DNA from: Podarcis erhardii
Taxonomy: Eukaryota
Length of the DNA stretch: 64,000 nt
Strand: one strand, 5' to 3'
Assembly: GCA_964252035.1 (NCBI GenBank)
Contig: OZ176204.1
Below, piece after piece: positions 23,885 to 35,905 of this stretch. The notes beneath the pieces were generated by a model. The model was not told where the DNA came from. It ran no database searches and saw only the letters and a program-made list of their open reading frames with translations. The translations under genes were made by a program, and so were the position numbers. How positions within the stretch are numbered: the first letter of the stretch is position 1; the number at the start of each line of letters is the position of its first letter.

Positions 23885-24329
23885 TATACAAAATGTTTCA
23901 TTACCATCTCCTAACAATGTCCCCTCAGTATGACCAGCCACCCTTCTAGGTTTCAGACGTCAGCTGATTCACAAAGTTGGCAGAACTGGGATGGTAAGAG
24001 TTGTAGTTCATCCATCTCAATTATTACTGGCACCTCAATCGAAGCACTGCATAAGCAGTGACACTACAAACACTGACACTACAGTTTGGCAGATATTCTA
24101 TCATAAATTGCCCACCAACCTTATACTTTCGTTTGGAAAACTCTCTCTCTCTTTTTTTTAATGAAAAAATGTTAGATGTTTGCAGAGCACTGAGAGATGC
24201 AAATATGCTCCTTTATGATTTACAAGATATGAAGTTTATCATTTCACTCAACGTTCTTCAAGCAGCTTTCTGTAAGGCAAGGGTAGTACTAGGTGCATCA
24301 CAAGCTAACTTATTTATGGTTAAGTAGCA

Positions 24330-24720
24330 AAGTGAAATGGAGCTGCCAAAGTCTGTATCAAAAACAAGAAGAAATCTGACAAACTCTTTGCAAAATCCAA
24401 ATGAGAAACGTTGGGCCTACTGCTTTCCGTGTCAAGCAACAACAACAACACTGGCGAAATCTGCCACTGGATGCCATTCAGCAAAATTACAGGTGTCTGC
24501 TATTTCCTTATTTATAGATGTTTTACTCCCATCGCTAAATGACAGATTTGGAGCTTACATTGAAGTTTTATTGCTTTGCTGTCTTTTAGCAAATATAACT
24601 AGTAAGTTGAACCATCATTTTCTTACTACCTGCATTTCATTAACATAAAAGGATAAACTTTGATTTCAGTCGCATTTAACTATCATTGGGAGATTTATGC
24701 CAATACAAGATGGTTGAGCT
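24330..24720. promoter_or_regulatory. Putative conserved non-coding element
   Basis: TE-free block with CpGs, CAGGTG, CTTTGAT near 24658 and homeodomain-like cores. Confidence 0.3.
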
Positions 24721-27655
24721 TTTGAAGATCTGCCCTCTCATATCCTGTGTGATACACAACTCTCCCTCTACAAGAATCTATCAAAATATGCCAGCTGGTT
24801 AACTGGCGAGAGACTATTGCAAGCAGCTGAAATGGGGAAGAATTTCCTGTTTCTTCACTGGAATATCATGACACACTCATCAGTAGGTCTCAGTTGTCCC
24901 ACCTTCCATTTCTTAGATTGTAGCTTTGCTACCACAATTGCTACCTCAAGGTGGGAGATAATACACTCTCATTATTTGTACAGGAGTGATTCAGCATGTG
25001 TTTGAGAAGCACCTTGACCCAATTGTTGTATTATTAAAAATTTTTAATTAAACAACCACTGGCTGCTATCACTGATTGGCATTCCCATTTGAGTTGCTGC
25101 CCATTCATCAAGCTATGCCTTTTAGAACCACGGCACTGGACTTCCTCCATGAGCAGTATCAGGACATCTTGCATCTCCACAAATGCAATGAATTGCTCTG
25201 TGCTGAGGAAATAGCTAAATTCCACACCACATATTCATGTGAACCTATAAAACCCTCATTATCTAGCGTTAAAAGCCAGATAATATATACTGAGCAATTA
25301 ATTTACAAGTAAAATATGGATTGCTAAGCAGGTAATAGGTGTCAGTTTTTCATATGCACAAAGAAAATAATCCACTAAACTATTTACAACTTCTTAGAGG
25401 ACCTTAATGATTAAAATACACAAATTAAAATACACCAATACAATGATGAATTTTTGTCCTATAATGCTAAATCCTGACTTGATGTATGCAAACACTGCAA
25501 CAAGCAGAACACAGCAGTTTATGCACTTGTTTCCTGTCACTCCTTTACTCACTGGATGGTTACAATCAGGGAAATGTCAGGATAACACCAAAATGTTATC
25601 TTGCCCGAAGTATGAAGTAGAAACCTCCTTAAATTCCTATAATTCCGTATATAACATTCAATGGTGAGTTATTTACACTAGGAAAGTTAAATACTAGTGA
25701 TTGGAGAGGAGATAGCTGATGGTATTATTTAGTTCAAAGAACAGGCAACTTGAAAACTGGGGCCCAGATCCACACTTCCATTATTATTGACCATCGAGCC
25801 ACCCATGATGTAAAGTAGAGTGCATACCTGAATCAAGCTCCAAACTGCTCTGCTAACTTGATGAAATGGATAAAGACATTTATCCATCAACACAACATTC
25901 AGCCACAACATTAACTACTATTTTGTAAGATTTATGAGCACTGAAAAAAACAACAGGACTGCAGCCAGTGCCTTTTTCTGGGGGGACGCAAGGGTATCCC
26001 TAAACATTTTGTGAATCTTTGTACTTTTGTCCATTTACTGTATTTATTTTCCCCAATTTGAACAATAAAATGGTGGAAATTTTAAACATTTTAAAACATT
26101 TTTGTTAGGAAAAAAAAGCACTCACTGCATCATTAAACATAAGGCAGGTGAGGGGCATTCCTTGAGCCGTTAGAGGAAACCTGCACCACAGCTGGTTGGT
26201 TTGGTGAGAGGTGGGCCTGGCTTGGTGTGGATGAAGGAGGAAATGGGAAACCTGATCATACCACTCTCCATGGCTTTATAGTCCTGATGACTTTTCTTAA
26301 CCTCAGAATAGCATGTTCATTTTAGACACCCCTTACTATAAGGACCTCAGGATGACACATATAGGGTGGTATTCAACCCACTGAAATCAACTTACATGAC
26401 TTAGGGCTGTTAATTTCAATGGGACTACTCTTAAGTAAAACTTACGTTTCATATTATCCATAATATTTTCTGTTTTATAACTTCACAATTATCTTCAGGT
26501 AAGTAGGATTGAATAATAAAGACTGGAGATGGTCAAAAAGTGAACATCATGGATGATAGGTCATAGCCACACAAATTGCCTTAATCAAAGTTCAACATTC
26601 ACTGCATGTGAGACTGTGCTTCTTGAAAAGTCTAGCTGTGGCGGTGATCCTTCTGTTCCAAAATTACTTTTCTGCAGGCCCCAAAATAGTATCTTTGAAA
26701 TTCATATACACCCTGAGCCTGTTAGCATTTTCTTTTCTTGACTTAGCAAAGTATTAAATGAAAGCAAGAATTGTTGCAATATGACAGAAGTGTTTTTAAT
26801 ATTAAGTTGAACAGCTTTTGAATCTAAGGTGACAATCACAAAAATTGCTTCTGACTACCCGTATGGGCATCCAGCTCTAGAAGCAGAAAGACCCTTATCT
26901 GTCCCACTACACAAAGCTAGCTATGCAAGATCCCACTGTGAATGCAATGGAGTTATGTAATCAAAATAGCCTCGAGTGGCAGCTGCTTCATTCCAATGCT
27001 TTCAGAACATAGGCTAGCCATATGTGGAGACAGCGACCCAGACTTGAACCGAAGGATGAACCCTACTGGAGTACGATGGCCTCATGGCCTACACACAAGT
27101 GTAGGAACACACAGGGACTGTAGAGAATACAGTGGACTGAACATGTAGGTCCAACTCAAAGTCAAATGTTTTCTTCCCAGGTAGTATTGAGCCCCATCAC
27201 CGTCTACTCTTCTAAGTTCCAAAACTATAAAAGAAGATTGTGATGAAGTTTTCTGAACAGTTAGAAGGATGAAAAAAAGATAGATTGGAATGCAGCTTGC
27301 AAATAAAATACACAGACTTTATCACTGATAATATTTTATTTATATATATATATATTGTGTCTTTGCAACAGCCGCCTTGTTCCCATACTCTGCTGTAACT
27401 TAATCCTGAGTACACGCAACTGAAATAGATAATAATATCCCCTCTTTGCCCCGTCTCCGTCTCTCAACTCCTGCTCCGTTGTCTGCCCTGAACAGATGTA
27501 AATTCCTCAGGCAGGACCCTGTCCTCTTATAATTTGCATGGGAACGTGCATATTGATGGCATTTCCACTCAGATACATATATGAATCATTCTTGCCTTGC
27601 CTGGTGGCTCTTTCTTGACATCAAACATTAGCTAGCTGAAGAGCTTTCAACTGCA

Positions 27656-27682
27656 GTGTGTGTGTGTGTGTGCGCGCGCACA
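27656..27682. repeat. (GT)8(GC)4 alternating purine-pyrimidine tract
   Basis: Directly visible. Confidence 0.95.
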
Positions 27683-28844
27683 TTCATGCAAACTGTGACT
27701 CTCACACAACCCAAGCAATAACCAAAAGCTACTACATGGGAATCTCATACCTTTCTAATGTATAACACTTTAACTTAGATAACCCAAACGCATATAAAAG
27801 CCTGCAGTCCTGAAAGGTTTGTCTAGTATCATTCAGCTACATTAGCAACGCCTAGCTACTGCTCTAAGAAAAACTTGTATCTTAAGCATAAAACTAAGGA
27901 AGGAACTATTAGAAGATGAACAGGACAGAGTTATTTATGCAATATGTCAGTGATATCAGACACTGGGGAAGTGACATTGGTTTCCTTGACACACCGTTAT
28001 AGAAATACAGTAGATGACATTTTTAGTGGCTGGTTCTGAAGACCTGGGTTATTATAGACCATGAGTTGCCAACATTTATGAACCAGTGGGTACATTTTGA
28101 ATTTTGAGAGCACGCTGGGGGCACCAGACACAGAACAGCTTGTTCATGTAAATGCAGCTATACTTCATTACAAGAGCCTTATTGTAAGAAGATAAATCTC
28201 AATTTCTGAATTTCTCTATGCTACATTAATAATTCCAAATGAAGCGGAATGCCTCCTCTCCCTCTCATATGCCTTACCTTTACGCCTTTTCCCATCTCTC
28301 CCTCCTAGTCTTCTCATCCTAATCCCTTTCTTTTACTTCTTTACTAGCTTTAAATGCTGATTAATTCAATATTTATCAGATTCAAAGTAGTGATCAGCAA
28401 ACTCTGTGTGCCTATTTGGGGTTGGGGTAGATTGCTTTGAACACACCCATAAAATTATTTAGGATCCCGCTGCTATATGTAAGAATGTTGGTGGATGTTT
28501 AGAGACAAAATAGCACATGCACAGTTGAAGGCTGTGATGAATGGGGAAAGTGTCCCATACAGGACCTACTGAAATAAGGAGAACTGCACAAGAAGCACGC
28601 TGTGGGACTGAAGTAGTTGCTTACAGATTGTGCCTCAAGGAAAAGACACCTAGAATAACAGAATTGGAAGGGAACTCATCTAGTTTGTGTACATTCATTC
28701 CTTATGGAAACTGGATGGCTACAACTTCAAGCCAACCTCACTTCCGTTTCCAGGTGTAGAAATGGTAGAGAATATAGTTGAGTCTGAATGTTAAGAGACA
28801 AAACCTGTTTCCCAGTATACTCTGAATTCTTCAGTTTATAAGGT

Positions 28845-29060
28845 TCCCATTTCACTAGATTAATTAATCTGAATTTGAGCGGATGCAGACTGCAGCTCTT
28901 AACTGACAAAAAACAGTTCAAGGTCTTCAAATTATACTGTTCTTCTGACCCGAGTTACACCTCCTATTAATAATCAGCAGGCAATTGAATTGAAGGTATT
29001 CAACAAACCATTAGCTGTTGAAAATACTTATTTTGTGGTTCTTCTTCAAATGTACATTAT
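28845..29060. promoter_or_regulatory. Putative conserved non-coding element with a perfect 14-bp palindrome
   Basis: AGATTAATTAATCT at 28857-28870, further ATTAAT/TAAT cores, TE-free. Confidence 0.35.
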
Positions 29061-30172
29061 ATTACACTTATATTAGGGTTAATGCATAAATGCCAGTTCT
29101 TTCATAATGGATCATACAAGAGCAGCAATGTACTCAATTCAATCTCTCTCCCTCTTTCCAAGGTGGCTGGGCTTCTATGCTCATTGTTTCTCCTTAGTGA
29201 GCCCCACTCACACCACTCTCACTGACAGGAAGGTTGGGTTGAAGAAATGGTAGGAAAACATGAAAGCAAAGACATGAGCGTATTAAAGGAAGTATTAAGA
29301 GGCATTGGCTGTACATTCTGCCTCCATTGCAAAGGACTTTCATCTGTTCTGTGAGATATAAGGTTCTGTAACATTTTAAACACCACTTTATAAAATATCC
29401 TTCTGCAAAACTATCACTGCATCTTTACAGAGCTGCCTGCCACTGCAAAATGATGCTAGTGTTAGGGAGGAGTTATAGGAACCAGGCCAGAAAGAGTGGT
29501 AACCCCACAAAAAAGGGAGGAAGGGGGGATGTTTCAAACAAGGGAACCTTAGTAAAAAGCTAGTGCATTGTGGGTGCTTTTATAGAGAAATTATACACAC
29601 ACCCTCTGTTTATGTTATTAAAACATTGCAGGTAGGCAAGGATGGTGTAATTTATCTAATGCTCTTTTATATTTATGCTTCCTTAGGTTTCATGCCATTT
29701 ATTAAGTTTTCAGCCTTGCCTGCAGCAAAAGGATAAACAAAAGCAGATGTGAGACTCTCCTGTTTAAAGGGCCTGCCAACCTCCTGCAATGCATATAACC
29801 AGCTGGGAAAGGCTGATTACCATCATTTCAGCATTTGCTGTTCAATTCGCTCTCTCCTCCTCTAATAAGCCCTGGGTCCCTAACCATACTCTAAAGTGCT
29901 GTATCCCGTTAACCGCTATGGTTAACTGAATTACCATCCAAATTGAATGGCTAGAAAATCATCCTGGAGGGGAAAACCATTTACACCAAAGCAAACTGTG
30001 CCACAGCCAAACCATATTCAAATTCTTAGTCAAGCAAAGTCTTGCTTATTGCAGTTCACTCTATGTGGGGCTATCCTTAGGCCTGGTAAGAAGTTCAAGC
30101 TTGGACACTGTGGAGCAGCTAGACTTCTGGTGGGGACAGACTACCACCAGCACATAAGACCACTTCGTAAAA

Positions 30173-30303
30173 CATGCTTCCTCAAACTCAGCCCTCTAGA
30201 TGTTTTTGGCCTACAACTCCCATGATCCCTAGCTAGCAGGGCCAGTAGTCAGGGATTATGGGAATTGTAGTCTCAAAACATCTGGAGGGCAGAGTTTGAA
30301 CTG
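30173..30303. mobile_element. hAT-type palindromic MITE
   Basis: Same actacaactccca core, with 8-bp TSD TCGTAAAA (30165-30172 / 30304-30311). Confidence 0.85.
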
Positions 30304-30399
30304 TCGTAAAAGCTTGAACTGAATGCCCATATCCTACTGAGCTGGGTTCAAGGTCTTTGTATTAATTTAGAAGGCGCTTAACAGCTTGGTCCCGGATAT

Positions 30400-30632
30400 A
30401 TTGATGAATTATGTGGAACTCCTTCCTGGCTGAGATTTGACAGACCCCCTCACTGTTGAACTTCAGGCTCTTGACAAAAGACCCTTCTATTTCAGCAAGC
30501 CTTTAAAGGATGTTTTCTGCTTTTTTATGACTTAGTTTAATCAATATTTCCCATTGCATCCTTTTTAATTTTGATGTACAGTTTAGAAATGTTTGTAATT
30601 AAGTGGTATATAAATATTTTAAATAAATAAAT
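30400..30632 (+). mobile_element. L2 3' remnant
   Basis: acccttctatttcagcaagccttt followed by a 3'UTR and an (AAAT)n tail. Confidence 0.5.
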
Positions 30633-31504
30633 CTCAGGTTGGACCCAAACATCTGAGAGAAAACTTCCCACTCATGCACTCTGGCCTTTCAGTTGTTGAA
30701 AATCTGCTCCTGGAGAGAGGACTGTCCAGAACAACACAGGGATCTGTTGTTGAGGCTGCAGGAGGTAGAGGGAATCAGTACAAATGGGGGTGGGCCCCCC
30801 TTTGTGCAAATGGAGGTGCATTTCTGCTTGCAGATGGTGCCACATACAAATTTGTAGTGCTTGCTTACTAAGGCTGTTTCCTTCATCTAGCTGTAGCCAA
30901 TTTGGTACCTTCCAAATATTGTGGACCTCAACTTCCATCAGGTCCAGCTGGTATGGTCAACACTCACGAAATTCTGGGAGTTGTAGTCCACAACATTCAG
31001 AGGGCAACATGTTGGCTTCCCCCGTCTTATTTCATACATGATTGCAGTGATAAAACAGGTTTTCTCTCTCTAATAAAACTAGCAGAAAACAATATCACAC
31101 TACAATCCTATACATATTTATGCAAAAGCACGGCTTACTCCTTGGTGTGTTTAGGACTGAGATCTTCATGGAATTGTGTGTATAAACACTGCAAAAGAGA
31201 AAAAGTGAACACACTGGAGTTACTATAAAAGTGCAACCAGGGTAGAATTTGAAGTGAAAATCTTTTCCATAGTGCTGAGACAGCTACTGAAACCTAAGAG
31301 AAGCATGACTACAACAATACCATTCCTCTTTCTGGAATAACCAGACAGTCTGCTTTATCAATTTAGTTAACACACTAACACAGTAGATTCACAATCGTTG
31401 CCTTGCTTTATACCATATCCCCACATACTTCCACTATCATCACAGGCCTTTCAAACCACAACTTTTATTTATCCTCAGGGTCAGTCATTAGAATATCAAG
31501 TGAA

Positions 31505-31508
<4 letters not shown>

Positions 31509-31582
<74 letters not shown>
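31509..31582. repeat. Compound (TC)n(AC)n microsatellite
   Basis: Directly visible. Confidence 0.95.
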
Positions 31583-31586
<4 letters not shown>

Positions 31587-32974
31587 TTATTTCCTATGGG
31601 AGGGTAAACTTTGGGTAAGATGGGGAGAAGGCACTTGATCAGATAAAGGATGGTTAGAGATAGCACTGGAACTTTGAGCCCCACCTCGTCCGGGTGTACC
31701 AGTCACTGCACTTACAAATTACAATATCAAAACAAAGCTCTCGGTTTATTTTAAAAAATAGTTTTTTCAATTAGAATTTCTTAAAGCAAGGAAGTCAAGC
31801 CTAGTTTATTAAGATGTACCACTGGAAAATGTTAACTTCTGCATTTGAAACACAGCCAGGCAACACTTTCTTAACCATAGCAGCAGCAGCAGAAAGCTCA
31901 GTTACAACAAATTGGGAATTCCCTGTGTCATGACAGGATCAGACTGTGAATTGTAAAGTTCCAGAGAGGATCAATAACTGTCAGAGTGAGAAGAAAGTGA
32001 GCACTAAATTCATTCGCCTTTCATCTGCAACAAATGGAACAGAAAAATCTGATGGATAACAGAACCTTCCATTTCTATAGCATACTTGTTGAACTAGACT
32101 AGCAACGCAGAGATGATTCTTGACACGTGTCTCCAGAGATCCAAAAGCAATTATTAAACTCTTTTACAAAAGAGAGAGAGAGAGAGAGAGGGTAACACAA
32201 TACATACGCACGCACACACAGTTACAGAAGGTAAAGCATGTGAACCCAATAGGAACTCATGCACTGGGCACAAGAAAAAAATAAGTTACAAAATGCATAA
32301 AACAATGTAAGGGAATGGGATGGATGTTAAGTTTGGCATAATATTGATATTTCTTGTAAAGCGTTGTTTCTGTTTTAATCCAAATACAAAATAACAACAG
32401 AACTTTTTTTTAAATCCACATTTAAAGTCAAGAAAGGAAGGCACAGGTGGAAACGATCAAAAATACTTTACTGCATCCATTTGCAGCAAATATCCAAATA
32501 ATTTTAGGTTTTTGGTACTATTCAGATAGCTTTAGCACTTTGGCTCTTGTATCCAATATTTATCTTACCACAGGAAAGGAAAAAGAGGGTGAGGACAAGC
32601 TTTCATTTACATGCTTTGCCCTCTGACATGTTCAGTCATGCTGCAATGGTTCAAGGCTGATACACTTCCCTTCAACTCTTGACCCAGAATACGAAAGCGT
32701 GCAATACGATAATCTGCAGGGTTTTACCTTGCTGTGTTTTCATGGTGTATCCTGTAAACAATCACATGGCGTGGAAAGGAAACCCTGAAAGCCTTCTCTC
32801 CTTCTTGAGGGGGGAGCAAACGGATACCATTCCACTTCCTTGTATCCTAATTAGCCTAAGAGCTGCCGCACTGCTCATATTGTTATGCATGCTAAATGAC
32901 AGGTACTTCCATAGCATCATCATAAAGTAGAAAAAAATAATAATAGCAAAATAGTATAATTATTTAGAGTGTAC

Positions 32975-33050
32975 TTCTCGTGATGCTTACAACAACTCTT
33001 AAAACTAGGTCAGTATTTTTATCGCCATATTACAGGCTGGGGTAGGTGTG
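32975..33050 (+). mobile_element. MIR/CORE-SINE-like remnant
   Basis: cttacaacaactctt...aggtcagtatttttatcgccatattacag resembles the MIR core. Confidence 0.45.
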
Positions 33051-33645
33051 CCCATGTCTGCATGCATTCTGCTGTTGCACAGAAGGTGTGGCGAGATTTG
33101 AACTCGCCAACCCAGACTGCATGTATTCAAGTATGGTGTGGTACTAATTCAATTCCAAAAATGTGTCAATACCAATTATAGGAGATATTTCCAGCAGAAT
33201 CCTCTACCACCAACCCAGAAAGAGCAATATTATAAAATATCCTTACCTCCCTTTCTTCCAGATTTCTCCTGCAGATACCCAAGCTCAATTTGTTTAATAC
33301 AGTTAATAGCAGTGTAATTTAACAACAAGCTCTCTTATTTGAAGATTACCTGCCCAGAGTAATCCAGTACTTCACTTAAACCATATGCCCTGAGATCTAA
33401 ACACATTTACTTGGATACCGCCGATATTTCTACAAAACAAGTGTTGGTTCTTAGGATACTATCCTGTGCATACTTATCTATAGGGTGCCCTACCTTTATT
33501 TGACCTTTAAACAAAACATAAAAAGAGAGAATAGGAGGGACCTTGTAGCTGCTAATTGACAGCACCTGGATTTACCCATTGTGGTGATATGGATTGTAAC
33601 TCTATTTAATTTACAGAATTTTTTCTTCTAAATTTTCATCTATAC

Positions 33646-33646
<1 letters not shown>

Positions 33647-33688
<42 letters not shown>
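33647..33688. repeat. (TTA)n microsatellite
   Basis: Directly visible. Confidence 0.95.
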
Positions 33689-34178
33689 GACTGCTGTTCG
33701 TTTAAAAAATGGGGCCTACATAAATTAGCTTGTGCAAATTTTATGCTAATCTTCATCTTCCTGTGTACTTTTTGAAAGAGGCCATCCTACTTAGGAGTGA
33801 GGCACTGTGAATCTACTGGGACTTATCTCCAAAGTAAAGATGGCAGTGTTTGTCCAGCTTTTCATTTACATGTATACATCAGCTTGAAATGGCACACTCA
33901 TGGCCAGCCATTCACTTGATTTCCTCAAAGATTGTTCTCCTCACCACCACCCCATTTAAATAATCATCTAACATTTGCTTCAGAGTGCAGTGCTAACCCA
34001 TGTGACAAAGCAATGCAAGCCACTGGATTGTTGAGTGTTTGTTTGTTTTGCAAAATCTCAAAACAAAATAAACAAGCCCTTTTTGAGCTATTTTTTATAG
34101 AAAAGCAGCAAAAGCAGCACTGCCAGAATCTAAATGGTACTTTGAAAGAAAAAAATAGTGTTATATATAGATAAATAA

Positions 34179-34549
34179 CGCAGGGACGCAGGTGGCGCTG
34201 TGGGTAAAACCTCAGCGCCTAGGACTTGCTGATCGTATGGTCGGCGGTTCAAATCCCCGCGGCGGGGTGAGCTCCCATCTTTCGGTCCCAGCTCCTCCCC
34301 ACCTAGCAGTTCGAAAGCACCCCTAAGTGCAAGTAGATAAATAGGTACCACTTTATAGCGGGAAGACAAACGGCGTTTCCGTGTGCTGCGCTGGTGCTGG
34401 CTTGCCAGAGCAGCTTTGTCACGCTGGCCACGTGACCCGGAAGTGTCTGCGGACAGCGCTGGCTCCCGGCCTCTTAAGTGAGATGAGCGCACAACCCTAA
34501 GAGTCGGACACGACTGGCCCGTACGGGCAGGGGTACCTTTACCTTTACC
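34179..34549 (+). mobile_element. Full-length Sauria SINE (Squam1-type)
   Basis: tRNA-like head (gggacgcaggtggcgctgtgg...ggttcaaatcc), Bov-B-like 3' region gagtcggacacgact, (ACCTTT)n tail, 13-bp TSD TATAGATAAATAA (34166-34178 / 34550-34562). Confidence 0.95.
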
Positions 34550-35856
34550 TATAGATAAATAAACTATGTCCCTAAGATGATTTGTACCACACTTCAAGTC
34601 ATATTTACTTAGGAAGTGATTTCCTTTCTGACCAGAAAGAGGGGGTACTATAGAATTTAGCAGCCTACAAAATGCAAATAACACTTTCAGTGCAGTTGAC
34701 AAGGCAGATGAAATCAAGAGAGACACCGAGAATGAACAGACACGAGATGTTTCAAAAAGGAAGGGAAACTGAAAAAAATACAGTAAATTAAGTTTTCTGC
34801 TCCCACTAACAGCATCACATCACCTCATGACTTTTGTATGAAAAACTGTCTTCTAGCCCTAAAGTGCATTAACTATGAGACAAAAAGAAGAAATTATTAA
34901 AAACAGACTTTATCTCTTTGCAGTGAAGCTCCACATCATTGTACCCCAAAGAAAAAAGCTTCTCCTGCTCCCCCCCCCCATTCCTTCCTCCCTTGGAACA
35001 AAACATACATTTAAAAGATGCTGACAGAAGGGTTTCGAAGTTCCATTGTTTCAGACACATATTCAGAAACAGCTGGAATGCTGTAGACTCTTGTTGCTTG
35101 CTTTTGTAATGAAGAAAGTGCAAGTATGAGGAGAAGACTAAGTGGCTAGTCTCTCCCTGTCCTTTAGATACTGTATATTTTTAAAATAAAACAAATAAGT
35201 GGCTAAAATACTGACGCAACTTGCTGCTTCTCAGATTTCGCCCGATTTCAAAACTGTCTTGTCAACACTGCCTCCTAAATTAAAGAACAAACTCCTTGCA
35301 GGCTTGATTCTATCTTTCCAATGAACATTTACAAAAATCTGGCTCACCCCACCTCCAAAGAAACATCGCACCCTTCTTTCTTTCTCTCTCTCTCTCTCTC
35401 TAACAACCTGCTTTGCAGAATGCAAAAAAGGCAGTTTGCAAAAAAGAGAGGAAAACTTTTTAAACACATGGGGCTTTCAACTTGAATGCTAGACAAATAT
35501 GTGGAGAGCAGGGTGACCTTTTCCTTATCTCCCCACTGACATGTTTAATTGCTTCCAAACAGAAAACACTATTTTCTGCCACCTCTTCCTGCAAACACCT
35601 CTAAAGCCTGTATGGATGGTAAACAGTTAATCTCCCAATATCCCCTGCTGCCTGCGAAAAATCAAGGAAACAATTGAGACATTGTCCAGCGAACAAGACT
35701 CCCAGGGACTGACATTTTTGTTTATGTCCCAGTTCTCAGCCTGTCAATTTTCACTACCACTAGTAAAGCCTGACTTGCACCAACATAGTCCACCCAGAGC
35801 TCAAAAGGCTTCACTTCATTTATTTTATTAAAGCCATGGTGTCTGTTTATGATTCA

Positions 35857-35859
<3 letters not shown>

Positions 35860-35903
<44 letters not shown>
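35860..35903. repeat. (TC)n microsatellite
   Basis: Directly visible. Confidence 0.95.

Positions 35904-35905
<2 letters not shown>

Noticed and set aside
27588-27600. cattcttgcct, similar to my recollection of the rs12255372 flank
   Set aside because: Only an 11-bp match at an implausible distance from the exon; consistent with chance.
28745-28800. Plus-strand acceptor followed by GVEMVENIVESEC*
   Set aside because: Wrong strand for the host gene, with no supporting upstream exon or homology.
31997-32015. gagcactaaattcatt, resembling the LF-SINE 3' end
   Set aside because: The upstream sequence does not continue the similarity.
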